64,000 nucleotides of DNA from the NCBI GenBank assembly GCA_020632265.1, contig JACKFW010000001.1:534846-598845 (forward strand), in the 5' to 3' direction. The notes below the pieces were generated by a model. The model saw only the letters and a list, made by a program, of their open reading frames with translations. It did no database searches and was not told the DNA's origin. The position numbers and the translations under genes are program-made. This document shows positions 38,737 through 48,593 of this stretch, piece by piece; the first letter of the stretch is position 1; each line of letters opens with the position of its first letter. This stretch comes from Pseudomonadales bacterium. GTDB taxonomy: Bacteria; Patescibacteriota; Microgenomatia; UBA1400; PJMF01.

Positions 38737-39587
38737 ATCGAATTTATTTCATTAGATATGCGAGTTGCTTCGATGATTTTATCTCTCATAATTGTTTTTA
38801 TGTATGTTTCAATTTTGTCACGATCCTGATGAGAGGATAACATTTTTTTTACATCTGATCCAAACCAAATTGGATCTCCTGCCATAAATCCTTTTGCTCC
38901 ACTTTCGACACAGATTCTTAAGTTTTGTTTAAATTCTTCATAACCAATGCCTCTACCATTATATATCCAAGGTATATCAAGCTCTGCAGTTATTGTTACT
39001 GCGGATAAAGAGTCTCCTAAAAATTCAAGAGAAATTAAATCACAACTTCTAGAAAATTCACTTATTGCCTGTAATTGAATTTCTAACATTAATTCATCTG
39101 TCACTTCTTCGGTTCCCGGATGATAAACCATCAGCTCCAATAAAAAGTCTATTCCCTCATAATCGCAATAATCGTTAATTTCGGCTACAAATTGCTTCTT
39201 TTTCATTGCTTCAGGCTCTTGTGGATGATAATAGAGTTCAAGTTTTGCTAATCCATAATTATTTCTAATTTGTTCTATTCCCCAATTTTCTGAAATTATT
39301 GGTATTGCAAGAGGATCTAAACTATCAGATTTTTTCTCAAGCGACATTACTAAACCAGTGCTACTGGATTTTCTGATAATATTGGCAAAGTCAAAATCAG
39401 GGTCAACAATTACTCCAGAAACTTCTGGAGAGATATATTCCATAATTTTCCCAGACATAAAATCTAAAGCATCTTTGTGTTCAAGATGATCAATATCTAA
39501 ACCCATTGATTCAGCTAAAGTAGAAATTCTTGAAAAATCTAAAAGGGAATAAACTCCGCTGGAATTTTGAATATTATGAAGCTTCAT
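38733..39587 (-). CDS. Class I aldolase of the LacD/tagatose-1,6-bisphosphate aldolase family
   Basis: Three blocks are collinear with LacD. VSGVIVDPDFDFANIIRKSSSTGLVMSLEKKS matches ASSILLDPEYGL...AGLLLAYEKTG. DFLLELMVYHPG matches PFFLEILTYDE. GAKGFMAGDPIW matches GAKFNGVLCGRATW. Confidence 0.6.
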   Translation of the reverse strand: MKLHNIQNSSGVYSLLDFSRISTLAESMGLDIDHLEHKDALDFMSGKIMEYISPEVSGVIVDPDFDFANIIRKSSSTGLVMSLEKKSDSLDPLAIPIISENWGIEQIRNNYGLAKLELYYHPQEPEAMKKKQFVAEINDYCDYEGIDFLLELMVYHPGTEEVTDELMLEIQLQAISEFSRSCDLISLEFLGDSLSAVTITAELDIPWIYNGRGIGYEEFKQNLRICVESGAKGFMAGDPIWFGSDVKKMLSSHQDRDKIETYIKTIMRDKIIEATRISNEINSI

Positions 39588-39609
39588 ACCTTTAAGTATG
39601 AAGCTTCAC
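39576..39609. promoter_or_regulatory. Perfect 14-bp inverted repeat ATGAAGCTTCATAC-N6-GTATGAAGCTTCAT overlapping the start codon of the LacD-like gene, 27 nt downstream of the pnp stop. Each arm is itself the 10-bp palindrome TGAAGCTTCA.
   Basis: Read directly. The left arm encodes M-K-L-H of the aldolase on the minus strand. Confidence 0.6.
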
Positions 39610-39635
39610 TAATTTGTTTTCAATAAGAGTTAGGT

Positions 39636-42008
39636 TTAACGGTCTTTTCTTTCAACTCTTGGGCGATCGTTGTTTCCGCCACTTCGATCGTTGTTTCCGC
39701 CACTTTGATCGTTGTTTCCGCCACTTCTGCGATCGGAATAACCTCCACCTCTTCGATCGGAATAACCACCACCTCTTCGATCATCGCGTTGATTTCCTCT
39801 ATCTCTACCACCTCTAAAAGCTGGTCTACTCGATCTAGATTCTCGTTTTGAATTAATTTCAGTTTGTTGTTCTGCTGTCAACATACTTAAGCCAATCTTG
39901 CCATCGTCTTTGATTTCACCAATTCTTACATGAACTTTATCTCCAACTTTTAGTAAATCGTTCGCATCTTTTACAAATTCAGTATTCATTGCAGAAACAT
40001 GAACTAAACCTTCTTTTCCACTTAAGTATTCAACAAAAGCACCATAACCCTCAACTCTGGTAACTATGCCATCAAATTCTTCACCTACTTCTACAACTCT
40101 CATCATATTAGTGATAATTTTCATGGCTGCATCAATATTAGCTTGTTCTGGAGAAGAAATATTAACTAAGCCAACTTCTTTTTCCTTGTCTTCATCAACA
40201 CTAATTTCAGCGCCAGTTTGTTCAATAATACTTTTGATCATCTTTCCGCCTGGACCAATTAGTTCACCAATTCTACTAATTGGAATGGTAACTTGTTCAA
40301 CCTTTGGAGCATACACTGAAAGTTCTTTTCTAGGCGTTTTTATTACCTTTAACATCTCACCCATAATGTGAATTCTACCTAAACGTGCCTGCTCTAATGC
40401 TTGCTCAAGAACATTTCTTGGAATTCCTTTGAGCTTGATATCCATTTGAATTGCAGTAATTCCCTCCGAAGTACCAGCAACTTTAAAATCCATATCACCC
40501 ACGTGATCTTCAAGACCTTGAATGTCAGAAAGAACAACGTATTGTTTTCCATCGCTCATCAAGCCCATGGCAATTCCAGCAACTGGACGCTTGATTGGAA
40601 CTCCTGCTGCCATTAGCGAGAGGGTTGAACCACACACTGATGCTTGAGAAGTTGATCCATTTGAACTCATAATTTCGGAAACTACATTAATTGTATATGG
40701 GAACTCTTCTTGACTTGGTAACATTGGTTTTAATGCTCTTTCAGCCAATGCTCCATGTCCAATTTCTCTACGTTTTGCAAAACCAAATCTGCCTGCTTCT
40801 CCAGAAGCATATGGAGGCATATTATAGTGGTGGAAATATTTTCGATCTTCTTCACCAGTAATGCTCTCAATCAATTGACCCCTAGAAGGATCGCCGAGTG
40901 TTGTGATAGTAGCAGCCTGAGTAGCACCTCTTTTGAACATAGCTGAGCCATGAGTTCTTGGAAAAATATCTAGTTCGCACCAAATTTGTCTAATTTCCTC
41001 AGTTTTTCTTCCGTCTGGTCTAATACCATCAATTAAAATTAATTCTCTAGCAGCTCGTTTGGTTAGGGAATAAAGTGCTGTAGAAATATCTTTTTCAGAA
41101 ATTTCCTCACCTTCTGCAACATCTTCATTTAATTCTAAAACCAATTTGGCTTTAAGTTCATCAAGGCCTGAATCACTAATCAAGAGTCCTTGTTTCTTAA
41201 CAATTTCTTTTAACTGTAAAATATTATTTGAATAAATTTGGTCTGCTAAAGCTTCAACTTTTGCCGTTGCATCTTTAGTTTCATCGTCAATCAATTCAAC
41301 TTTTTCTTTGCCAATTTCAGCTACTACTTCTTGAATTGCAAGACAAATTTTGCCCATTTCATCTTGTGCACGAACTAATGCTTCAACCATAACATCTTCG
41401 GTAACTTCATTAGCACCAGCTTCAACCATAACCACTGCATCTCCGGAACCAGCAACGATTAAATCAAGATCACTCGTGTCTCTCTGATCATGGGTTGGAT
41501 TGGTCATAAACTGACTTGTTTGCTTGTTATAACCAATTCTTAATCCTGCCATCGGACCATCGAAAGGGATTTCGGAAATTGCTAAACCAATTGCACTTCC
41601 TAAAAGCCCAAGCATGTCTGGATCGTTTTGCCCATCAAAAGAAAAAACAGTATTGATTACCTGAACTTCATTGGTGATTCCCTCAGGAAAAAGTGGTCTT
41701 AAAGAACGATCGATGACACGTGCTTTTAAAATCACATCATCTAAAGGTCTGCCGTCTCTTTTAACCCATCTAGAACCTTTAATTATTCCAGCTGAATATA
41801 GCTTTTCAGCAAACTCAACTGAAAGTGGGAAATATCCCAAATTTACTTTTCTTCCCAAAGCAACCGTGCTATGAACTACTGTTTCGCCACAAGTTACCAA
41901 CACTGCTGCAGATACTTGCTCTGAAAACTTACCGACTTCAATATTGACGGTTTTATCACCCACTTGAATGTCCTTCTTATAGGTGTTTGGATATTTAGGA
42001 TATGACAT
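39636..42008 (-). CDS. pnp: Polynucleotide phosphorylase with an Arg/Gly-rich (RGG-like) C-terminal tail
   Basis: Two RNase PH domains, KH and S1 domains (GKVHVRIGEIKDDGKIGLSM). The tail reads RGGRDRGNQRDDRRGGGYSDRRGGGYSDRRSGGNNDQSGGNNDRSGGNNDR and is encoded by 18-21-bp DNA repeats at 39640-39790. Confidence 0.95.
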   Translation of the reverse strand: MSYPKYPNTYKKDIQVGDKTVNIEVGKFSEQVSAAVLVTCGETVVHSTVALGRKVNLGYFPLSVEFAEKLYSAGIIKGSRWVKRDGRPLDDVILKARVIDRSLRPLFPEGITNEVQVINTVFSFDGQNDPDMLGLLGSAIGLAISEIPFDGPMAGLRIGYNKQTSQFMTNPTHDQRDTSDLDLIVAGSGDAVVMVEAGANEVTEDVMVEALVRAQDEMGKICLAIQEVVAEIGKEKVELIDDETKDATAKVEALADQIYSNNILQLKEIVKKQGLLISDSGLDELKAKLVLELNEDVAEGEEISEKDISTALYSLTKRAARELILIDGIRPDGRKTEEIRQIWCELDIFPRTHGSAMFKRGATQAATITTLGDPSRGQLIESITGEEDRKYFHHYNMPPYASGEAGRFGFAKRREIGHGALAERALKPMLPSQEEFPYTINVVSEIMSSNGSTSQASVCGSTLSLMAAGVPIKRPVAGIAMGLMSDGKQYVVLSDIQGLEDHVGDMDFKVAGTSEGITAIQMDIKLKGIPRNVLEQALEQARLGRIHIMGEMLKVIKTPRKELSVYAPKVEQVTIPISRIGELIGPGGKMIKSIIEQTGAEISVDEDKEKEVGLVNISSPEQANIDAAMKIITNMMRVVEVGEEFDGIVTRVEGYGAFVEYLSGKEGLVHVSAMNTEFVKDANDLLKVGDKVHVRIGEIKDDGKIGLSMLTAEQQTEINSKRESRSSRPAFRGGRDRGNQRDDRRGGGYSDRRGGGYSDRRSGGNNDQSGGNNDRSGGNNDRPRVERKDR

Positions 42009-42329
42009 CCTGTTCCTTTCTCTACCATTTATCCCGACTTAGATCTACAAACTTACAACAAAACCCCTTCTTATGAAAGTTCTGTAATTTGTTTTTGATT
42101 GATCTTAGTCATGATCAAATAGTTGGATATAAAAGCGCCTGTTTGTGAGTATTCCCTGAGAAAAGATAAGACTGTCTTAATTAGCAACGAACTAATTCTT
42201 CTTATCACCTCTCTTGAATCCTCAAGTGACTCTTTTATATCTTTGTGTGATCGACTTGATCACTTAATTGATATTTTTACTGGTGTTATTATAACATGCA
42301 TCAAACGCAAGATTGGCTCAAACAAGTAA

Positions 42330-43412
42330 TTATAAACTTGTTCCAGTTACGTAGAAGTTAAATGAATATTCATTATTAGACTCGTTTGACTCCGTGATGG
42401 TATTGTTATAATCTGCCTTGATATTTACATGTGCTGTGCCAGTTTTATAGACAATACAATGCAAGGATGTCTCAACTGATTGTCCTGGATCTAAATGAGG
42501 TAAACCAACTGAGCAAACTGTGTTTCCTCCCTGAGAATTTGTTATCGTTGCTTTGATATTTGATAAGAAAAAATATTTTGCTGTACCTTGGTTTTTAAGA
42601 TTTACCACAAGGTAATTCCAGTTTTGAGCTTGAACGGGATTATCAGTAAAATAAGCATTAGTGATTACTAAGTCAGGCAAAGATGCTGGTGGTAATGCAG
42701 TTGGCGTTGGCGTAGCTGTCGGCGTAGGTGTAGCTAGTGGAGTTGGTGTAGCTGTTGGCGTTGGCACAGGGGTTGGGTTAGAGGTTGATACCGGTGTAGG
42801 CGAAGGCGTTGATGTAGATGTAGGGCTAGATGTGGTTGTTGGGCTAGATGTGGTTGTTGGGCTAGATATTGGCGCTGTGGTTAGGTTTGAAGCTGATGTT
42901 GGCGAAGTTGAAGGTGTTGATGTGGATTGAGTTGATGAAAAAAATCCATTTTCTGAATTATTTCCTTCATTGTTCATAGAATCCTTACCTTGGTCACTGT
43001 TATTTGAGGTTTCTCCTGAATCTTCAGATAAATCAGAGTTTTTTATTGATAAAAAGCCATTATCCAGATTTCCATCTATTTTTTCTTGATCAAAATTATC
43101 AGAATTATAATCCAAAGCTACAACGCTATTTCCGATAGCGCTGTCCACCAATTTCTTTTTTTCATTTTCTTGTGCAGAAACTACCAAAGTTGTCACAATA
43201 AATAATATAAGAAATACTGAAAATGCTAAGTTTATCTTTTTCTTTTTTGAAAAGTCTTTAAACAAAGTGATAATTTTCTTGTACTCATTCTTAATAGTCT
43301 TAATATTTTTAATATTCTTAACATTCTTAATATCTTTTTTCGAGACTTTTTTGAATAAAACTAAAACCTTCTTATATTCATTATTTAAGTTAAATAAATT
43401 GCTTGTTTTCAT
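42330..43412 (-). CDS. Membrane-anchored surface protein with Pro/Thr/Ser-rich linker and C-terminal CARDB-like domain
   Basis: The N-terminal cytoplasmic region has an internal duplication (NEYKKVLVLFKKVSKK / NEYKKIITLFKDFSKKKK) and KNIKN repeats. A TM helix is followed by about 70 aa of PT/ST repeats and a C-terminal beta domain ending ESNESNNEYSFNF, which is CARDB-like. Confidence 0.55.
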   Translation of the reverse strand: MKTSNLFNLNNEYKKVLVLFKKVSKKDIKNVKNIKNIKTIKNEYKKIITLFKDFSKKKKINLAFSVFLILFIVTTLVVSAQENEKKKLVDSAIGNSVVALDYNSDNFDQEKIDGNLDNGFLSIKNSDLSEDSGETSNNSDQGKDSMNNEGNNSENGFFSSTQSTSTPSTSPTSASNLTTAPISSPTTTSSPTTTSSPTSTSTPSPTPVSTSNPTPVPTPTATPTPLATPTPTATPTPTALPPASLPDLVITNAYFTDNPVQAQNWNYLVVNLKNQGTAKYFFLSNIKATITNSQGGNTVCSVGLPHLDPGQSVETSLHCIVYKTGTAHVNIKADYNNTITESNESNNEYSFNFYVTGTSL

Positions 43413-43506
43413 ATCCTATAATTATATCATTCATTAATAATATAGTCAATAAATTCTAATTTATTTATGAAATAAACAATGTTTATAAGAAAAAGCTATT
43501 TACGAA

Positions 43507-44202
43507 TTATTTCGAACGCTTGATTAATTGGTTATAAAGAATCACAAAAGCAAGAGTTCCAATAGGAAGAGTAATCAATAAGCCCACAAAAAGAGCCATA
43601 ATCCCCGAGTACATAAGTATAATTACTGCTGACAAAAATCCAACTAAATCCCACTTTATTCCATCTGTTAACTTCCCACTGGCTTTTAGGGCTTCGATCG
43701 GACCAAGACCTTTATCGACTACAAAATAAGGTGTAAACATATATTTAATAGAAAAGATAATGCCAGGAATAATAAAAAGTAAAAAACCTCCAAGAATTAT
43801 TAACATCATTAATATTTGAGCCCCAAAATATTTCAAAGATTTTGGTAGCATTGATGTGAAAGTATCAACACTAACTTTTTTACCTCTAACAACCGAAAGA
43901 AGCGCATTAATCACACCCATACTCACGGTAATTTGAACTACAAAATATATAGCGTATAAAATTAAAAATAGTCCTGAACTTTGATTAAGTTCATTCGCAA
44001 GAATTGAGTAGATAAATCCAATCGTTAAAGGCAATGCATTAATTGCATATATTGTAATCCACTCTTGTTTAAAAATTTTCCAAGCTTTTTTAAAAGTTTC
44101 ACTTATAAAAAAACCTTCATTAAGAACCGAGACTTTATCTGACATTTTTTCCTTTAATTTCTTTGATAAAAAAATATTATTACGAACAATCAGATTATAC
44201 AT
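43507..44202 (-). CDS. Polytopic membrane protein (DUF975-like architecture), unknown function
   Basis: 5-6 TM helices. The pattern KAWKIFKQEW...YFGAQILMMLIIL...IIPGIIFSIKYMFTPYFVVD resembles the YciC/DUF975 family. Weak. Confidence 0.4.
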   Translation of the reverse strand: MYNLIVRNNIFLSKKLKEKMSDKVSVLNEGFFISETFKKAWKIFKQEWITIYAINALPLTIGFIYSILANELNQSSGLFLILYAIYFVVQITVSMGVINALLSVVRGKKVSVDTFTSMLPKSLKYFGAQILMMLIILGGFLLFIIPGIIFSIKYMFTPYFVVDKGLGPIEALKASGKLTDGIKWDLVGFLSAVIILMYSGIMALFVGLLITLPIGTLAFVILYNQLIKRSK

Positions 44203-44288
44203 TAATCTTATTTAGCCCGCTATATTCACTTTGTTTGGATCTCTAGAAATTAGCTTTGATTTGGTGTTGGGAAATTCACTAAAATAAA

Positions 44289-44558
44289 TTATTTACTTAA
44301 ATCTAATCTATCAAGAAGTTTTCTATATCTTTCCTCACTTCTAGACAATAAAAAATTTAATAGTCTTCTACGTTTAGCCACCTGTTTAAGTAAGCCTCTT
44401 CTGGAGTGGTTATCTTTTTTATGTGCTCCAAGATGCTTTGTTAACTCTTGAATTGAAGCAGTTAATAAAGCAATTTGAACTTCTGGAGAACCAGTGTCAC
44501 CTTCAAAAAGTGCGTAGTCTTTAATAATTTGAAGTTTTTGTGCTTTAACTAAAGCCAT
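44289..44558 (-). CDS. rpsO: 30S ribosomal protein S15
   Basis: 89 aa. The ...[20 protein letters not shown]... block is diagnostic. An AGGAAAG Shine-Dalgarno is preceded by the inverted repeat TGCTTCTT-AA-AGAAGCA in the leader. Confidence 0.9.
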   Translation of the reverse strand: MALVKAQKLQIIKDYALFEGDTGSPEVQIALLTASIQELTKHLGAHKKDNHSRRGLLKQVAKRRRLLNFLLSRSEERYRKLLDRLDLSK

Positions 44559-44708
44559 GGTATTCTTTCCTGCTTCTTAAAGAAGCAAACCCTTACTCTC
44601 TCAGTCTTCTTTTAGGCAAAAACCAAATTCAAAAACCGACAGGTAAAGCAACCTTTTTACTAATATATCCTATTATATCATTGAAAATGAAGTTTTGCTC
44701 AAGTAATC

Positions 44709-46184
44709 TTATTCTTCTTCTTCAACCCTATAGGCAACAATAATATCACCAACTTTGAAATCTAATTTTTTATTTCTAAGCGTAATACCAAATTCATTCT
44801 TGGCTTTAACTTGAGAAATCTCTTCTTTACCATGCATCATATTTTTAACATTTATATCCGCAATAATTTCACCATCTCTTTTTAGATGAAATAAATCAGT
44901 TTTCTTAATTTCACCAGTTTTAACTTTACATCCAGCAATCTTCTCGCCCTTCATTTCAAAAAGTTGCAAAACCTCAGCTTCACCGACAACAATTTCATCT
45001 ATCGTTGGTTCCATTAACTTAAGCATACTTTTTTGTAAATCTTCGATCAATTTATAAATCACATCATAGGATTTGATCCTAACACCTGCATTTTTAGCCA
45101 AAGTTTTGATTTTTTTGGAAACTTTTGAATGAAAAGAAATAATTAGCGCATCACTAGTAATAGCCATTTCCAAATCACTTTCGTTAATACTTCCTACACC
45201 CGAGGATATTAAATTTGTGCTATCAGGATCAATAGTTTGCAAAATTGCCTCTAAAGTTCCCTCTACATCTGCTTTAATAATTAAATCCAATTTTGGTTTA
45301 GCTTCAACAAATTCTGAAAAATCAAAATCGGCCCATTCCTCTTCATTTTTTTCAAGATTTGATTTATCCAATTCATTTGTATCATCTTGTGAATATATGG
45401 CATTTGGATCTTTGACAATCGAACCAACAGCAGGAGCTTCTTTAAAACCTATAATTTCAGCTGCATATCCAGGTAAAACATTATCAAGATTTTCAGCAGT
45501 TGCACTAGCTAATTTTTTGACCCGTCCTAAAACTGAGTCTGCGTATATATCCTGTTTAACTTTAAGAGTTCCATTTTTAACAATAACCGTGGCAGAAACT
45601 CCCTTTTTAGCATCTTTAGAGCTCTCGATAACCACAGCCTCTAATGGAGCATCTGGATCAGCAGTAATTTCCTGTAATTCTGCAACCAAGTTTATTGTTT
45701 CAAGCAATTTGTCAATTCCTTTACCTTTAAGCGCAGAGATCTCAATCGCTTCAATGTCACCACCATAGTCAGTAACAACCAAACCGTGTTCAGCCAAACC
45801 AGCTTTCGCCATATCCGGATTCACATCTGGCAAATCTATTTTATTAATTGCCACAACCACAGGAACTTTTGAGTTTTTGATATGTCTAATTGATTCAACT
45901 GTTTGAGGTTTCACCCCATCGTTGGCTGCAACAACTAAAATGACGATATCAGTAATTTTGGCACCACGCTCTCTCATTTTGTTAAATGCTGCGTGACCCG
46001 GAGTGTCAATAAAAGTAATATCTCTATCTTTATAAGAAATGCTGTATGCACCAATATGCTGAGTAATTCCACCAGCTTCACCTGCTACAACATTAGATTT
46101 TCTCAAATAATCTAGCAAAGTTGTTTTACCATGGTCAACATGACCCATAATGGTAACAATTGCTGGTCTAGACTTTTGTGCCAT
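44709..46184 (-). CDS. infB: Translation initiation factor IF-2 (short form: G domain, domain II and C-terminal domains; no N-terminal extension)
   Basis: G1 (GHVDHGKTTLLD), G3 (DTPGH), G4 (NKID) and the C-terminal beta-barrel domains. Confidence 0.9.
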   Translation of the reverse strand: MAQKSRPAIVTIMGHVDHGKTTLLDYLRKSNVVAGEAGGITQHIGAYSISYKDRDITFIDTPGHAAFNKMRERGAKITDIVILVVAANDGVKPQTVESIRHIKNSKVPVVVAINKIDLPDVNPDMAKAGLAEHGLVVTDYGGDIEAIEISALKGKGIDKLLETINLVAELQEITADPDAPLEAVVIESSKDAKKGVSATVIVKNGTLKVKQDIYADSVLGRVKKLASATAENLDNVLPGYAAEIIGFKEAPAVGSIVKDPNAIYSQDDTNELDKSNLEKNEEEWADFDFSEFVEAKPKLDLIIKADVEGTLEAILQTIDPDSTNLISSGVGSINESDLEMAITSDALIISFHSKVSKKIKTLAKNAGVRIKSYDVIYKLIEDLQKSMLKLMEPTIDEIVVGEAEVLQLFEMKGEKIAGCKVKTGEIKKTDLFHLKRDGEIIADINVKNMMHGKEEISQVKAKNEFGITLRNKKLDFKVGDIIVAYRVEEEE

Positions 46185-46234
46185 ATTTTATCCAATTACT
46201 ATAATTTTATCCAATTACTCTAAATTTTATTCTA

Positions 46235-47521
46235 TTACTCTAAAAAAGATGATGAATCCTTTTGTGCCATTTCAGCTTCAAACTTCTCAACTCTATCTGC
46301 TAATATTTTTTCTTGTTCATCGCCTAATTCAGCTTCCAACCATTTATTTTTAAATCTTGATAAATCAGCAAGAGTTGTAAGTTTATTCATTACTAAAAAT
46401 TCTCTAGTATCATCAATTAACCCTTCGAAAGTATCGATTTCATATTCTTCTTTACCGGTTGCGCGAGATTCAATACTACCTTCGGATGACTTGATGGTGA
46501 TTTTATAACCAGTAAGCTTTGCAGCTAGTCTAACATTTTGTCCACCTCTGCCAATAGCCAATGATAACTGATCGTCAGGAGCAACTACTTCTGCAGACAT
46601 CTCATCTTTATTAACGGTAATTTTCAAACCTTCTGCTGGAGCCAAAGCGCCTTGAATAAGAAGTCGAGGATCCTCAGAAAATAAAATAATGTCTAGTTTC
46701 TCATTATTGAGTTCTCTGATCACTTCTTGAACACGAATACCTCGTTGACCTACACATGATCCAACTGGGTCAACTCCATCTTGGGTTGATCTAACAGCTA
46801 ATTTTGTTCTAACACCAGCTTCTCTAGCAATTAATGCAATTTCCACTGAACCTGCGGCAATTTCTGGAACTTCTCTTTCAAAAAGCTTGGCCACTAACTC
46901 TTTTGCAGCTCTTGAAGCAATAATTTTTCTTCCTCTTGGAGTTTCTCTTATTTCTTTGATGAAAACGGTAATTCTATTATTCATTTTATAAAATTCGCCA
47001 CGCATCTGTTCTTCTGGAGGCATGTATCCTTGACCCCTACCAAGATCTAGAATAACAGATCTGCCATCCATACGTAATATTTGTGCGGCAACTACTTCAC
47101 CAATTTTACCCTGGTAATCCTCGATAACTTTATCTCTCTCAGATTCGCGAATTTTTTGCAAAATTACTTGTTTAGCAGTTTGAGCTGCAATGCGACCAAA
47201 TCCAGCAGGAGTTACGTCTTGTGCCTTTTTTTCATCCCATTTTATAATTTCTCCAGTTTCTTCATCTTTTTCAATAACTGGACACTTAAAAATTGTTGAC
47301 TCACCACTATTTTCATTTAATTCAACAAAGTAATATGATTCATCTTCAAGATGACCAAACTGTTTTCGATATGCAGAAACCAAAGCTTGTCTAATAGCTT
47401 CGTAAATTGATGCTGGTTCGATATGTCTTTCATTTGCAATCTGATTGATTGCTGCTGCAAATTCAGTTCTCACTATCTTTGAACTTGGTGTTTTTGATGT
47501 TTTAGCCATATTTTTCTCCAA
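46235..47521 (-). CDS. nusA: Transcription termination/antitermination factor NusA
   Basis: NusA N-terminal domain, S1 and two KH domains (FGRIAAQTAKQVILQKIRESERD, GRGGQNVRLAAKLTGYKI) and a C-terminal acidic extension. Confidence 0.9.
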   Translation of the reverse strand: MEKNMAKTSKTPSSKIVRTEFAAAINQIANERHIEPASIYEAIRQALVSAYRKQFGHLEDESYYFVELNENSGESTIFKCPVIEKDEETGEIIKWDEKKAQDVTPAGFGRIAAQTAKQVILQKIRESERDKVIEDYQGKIGEVVAAQILRMDGRSVILDLGRGQGYMPPEEQMRGEFYKMNNRITVFIKEIRETPRGRKIIASRAAKELVAKLFEREVPEIAAGSVEIALIAREAGVRTKLAVRSTQDGVDPVGSCVGQRGIRVQEVIRELNNEKLDIILFSEDPRLLIQGALAPAEGLKITVNKDEMSAEVVAPDDQLSLAIGRGGQNVRLAAKLTGYKITIKSSEGSIESRATGKEEYEIDTFEGLIDDTREFLVMNKLTTLADLSRFKNKWLEAELGDEQEKILADRVEKFEAEMAQKDSSSFLE

Positions 47522-47667
47522 ATTTTTATTTTTTCTAAAATACTTAATTTAGTAAATTTAAATAAAAAAGAGCTCCTTATCTTGGGCCCTTCCTTAACAA
47601 ATCTATAATATTATACAAAATTAATCTGAAAATTGCAATCTTAAACCCAAGAAGAGTTACTGCTTAA

Positions 47668-48543
47668 TTATAACCCCAAACTTTGTAATTTTTCTAATTC
47701 ATTTCTTTGCTCACGACTAAGTTTTTCAGGAATATCAATAATAAAGCGTACATATAAATCCCCTTTGGCATTACTATTTATGTGGGGAACTCCCTCTCCT
47801 CGTAATCTCACCATAGTATGGGATTTTGTTCCTGGCCTTACTTTTAACTTCAAAACTTGATCAATGGTTTTAATATCTATTTGAGAACCCAAAATTGCAG
47901 TTGAAACTGAAATCTTTTGATCTACAAACAAATCGTAGCCATCACGCCTAAAAATTGGATGAGTTTTAACATTTATACTGATATCAAAGTCATTAAAACG
48001 AAGTCTAGTGCCATCATTAGCACCAGCGGGAACCTTAATTTTGTGCTTTTTACCCTCAATCTCAACTTCCTTAGTAACTCCCTTTATTGCTTCAATAAAT
48101 TCCACTGAAAGTGAGTATCTTTGTCTTCGTTGTGCTCTAGAAAAACCACCGCCAAAAAATTGCTCAAAAATATCAAATGGATCGCCAAAATCCATGTTTT
48201 CAAATGGATTTTGCCCACTAGTATATGTATAAGTTGTTTGACCTGAAAAAGGATTTCCACCTCCAAATGGATTACCTCCAGCAAATGGATTGCTTCCCAT
48301 ACCACTGGAAGGATCAAAGGCTGCATGACCAAATTGATCGTATGTTTTTCTTTTCTTATCATCAGAAATTACTTGATATGCCTCATTAATTTCCTTGAAT
48401 TTGGTTTCAGCTTCTTTTTTATTATTTTGATTTTTATCTGGATGCCATTTAAGAGCTGCTTTTCTGTATGCTGCTTTTATATCAGCTTTCGAAGCATCCT
48501 TCTTGACACCTAAAATATCGTAGTAGTCTCGTTTATTTACCAT
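47668..48543 (-). CDS. dnaJ: DnaJ-class co-chaperone lacking the zinc-finger domain (CbpA/type II-like)
   Basis: J domain (DYYDILGV...HPDKN), a G/F-rich region and C-terminal substrate-binding domains. No CxxCxGxG repeats. Confidence 0.8.
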   Translation of the reverse strand: MVNKRDYYDILGVKKDASKADIKAAYRKAALKWHPDKNQNNKKEAETKFKEINEAYQVISDDKKRKTYDQFGHAAFDPSSGMGSNPFAGGNPFGGGNPFSGQTTYTYTSGQNPFENMDFGDPFDIFEQFFGGGFSRAQRRQRYSLSVEFIEAIKGVTKEVEIEGKKHKIKVPAGANDGTRLRFNDFDISINVKTHPIFRRDGYDLFVDQKISVSTAILGSQIDIKTIDQVLKLKVRPGTKSHTMVRLRGEGVPHINSNAKGDLYVRFIIDIPEKLSREQRNELEKLQSLGL

Positions 48544-48593
48544 AAGTTATGTATTTTAACAGATTCAACCTAAAAGTTTCGTAACACAAGTTA

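Noticed and set aside
39614-39817. Two overlapping small ORFs (+67 aa, -63 aa) with repetitive peptide sequences
   Set aside because: Both lie inside the pnp 3' end and are generated by the 18-21-bp DNA repeats encoding the RGG tail. The PNPase frame is clearly the real one.
42661-42930. 89-aa plus-strand ORF rich in GVGV repeats
   Set aside because: It is antisense to the Pro/Thr-rich linker of the CARDB surface protein. It arises because the reverse complement of the PT-repeat codons has no stops.
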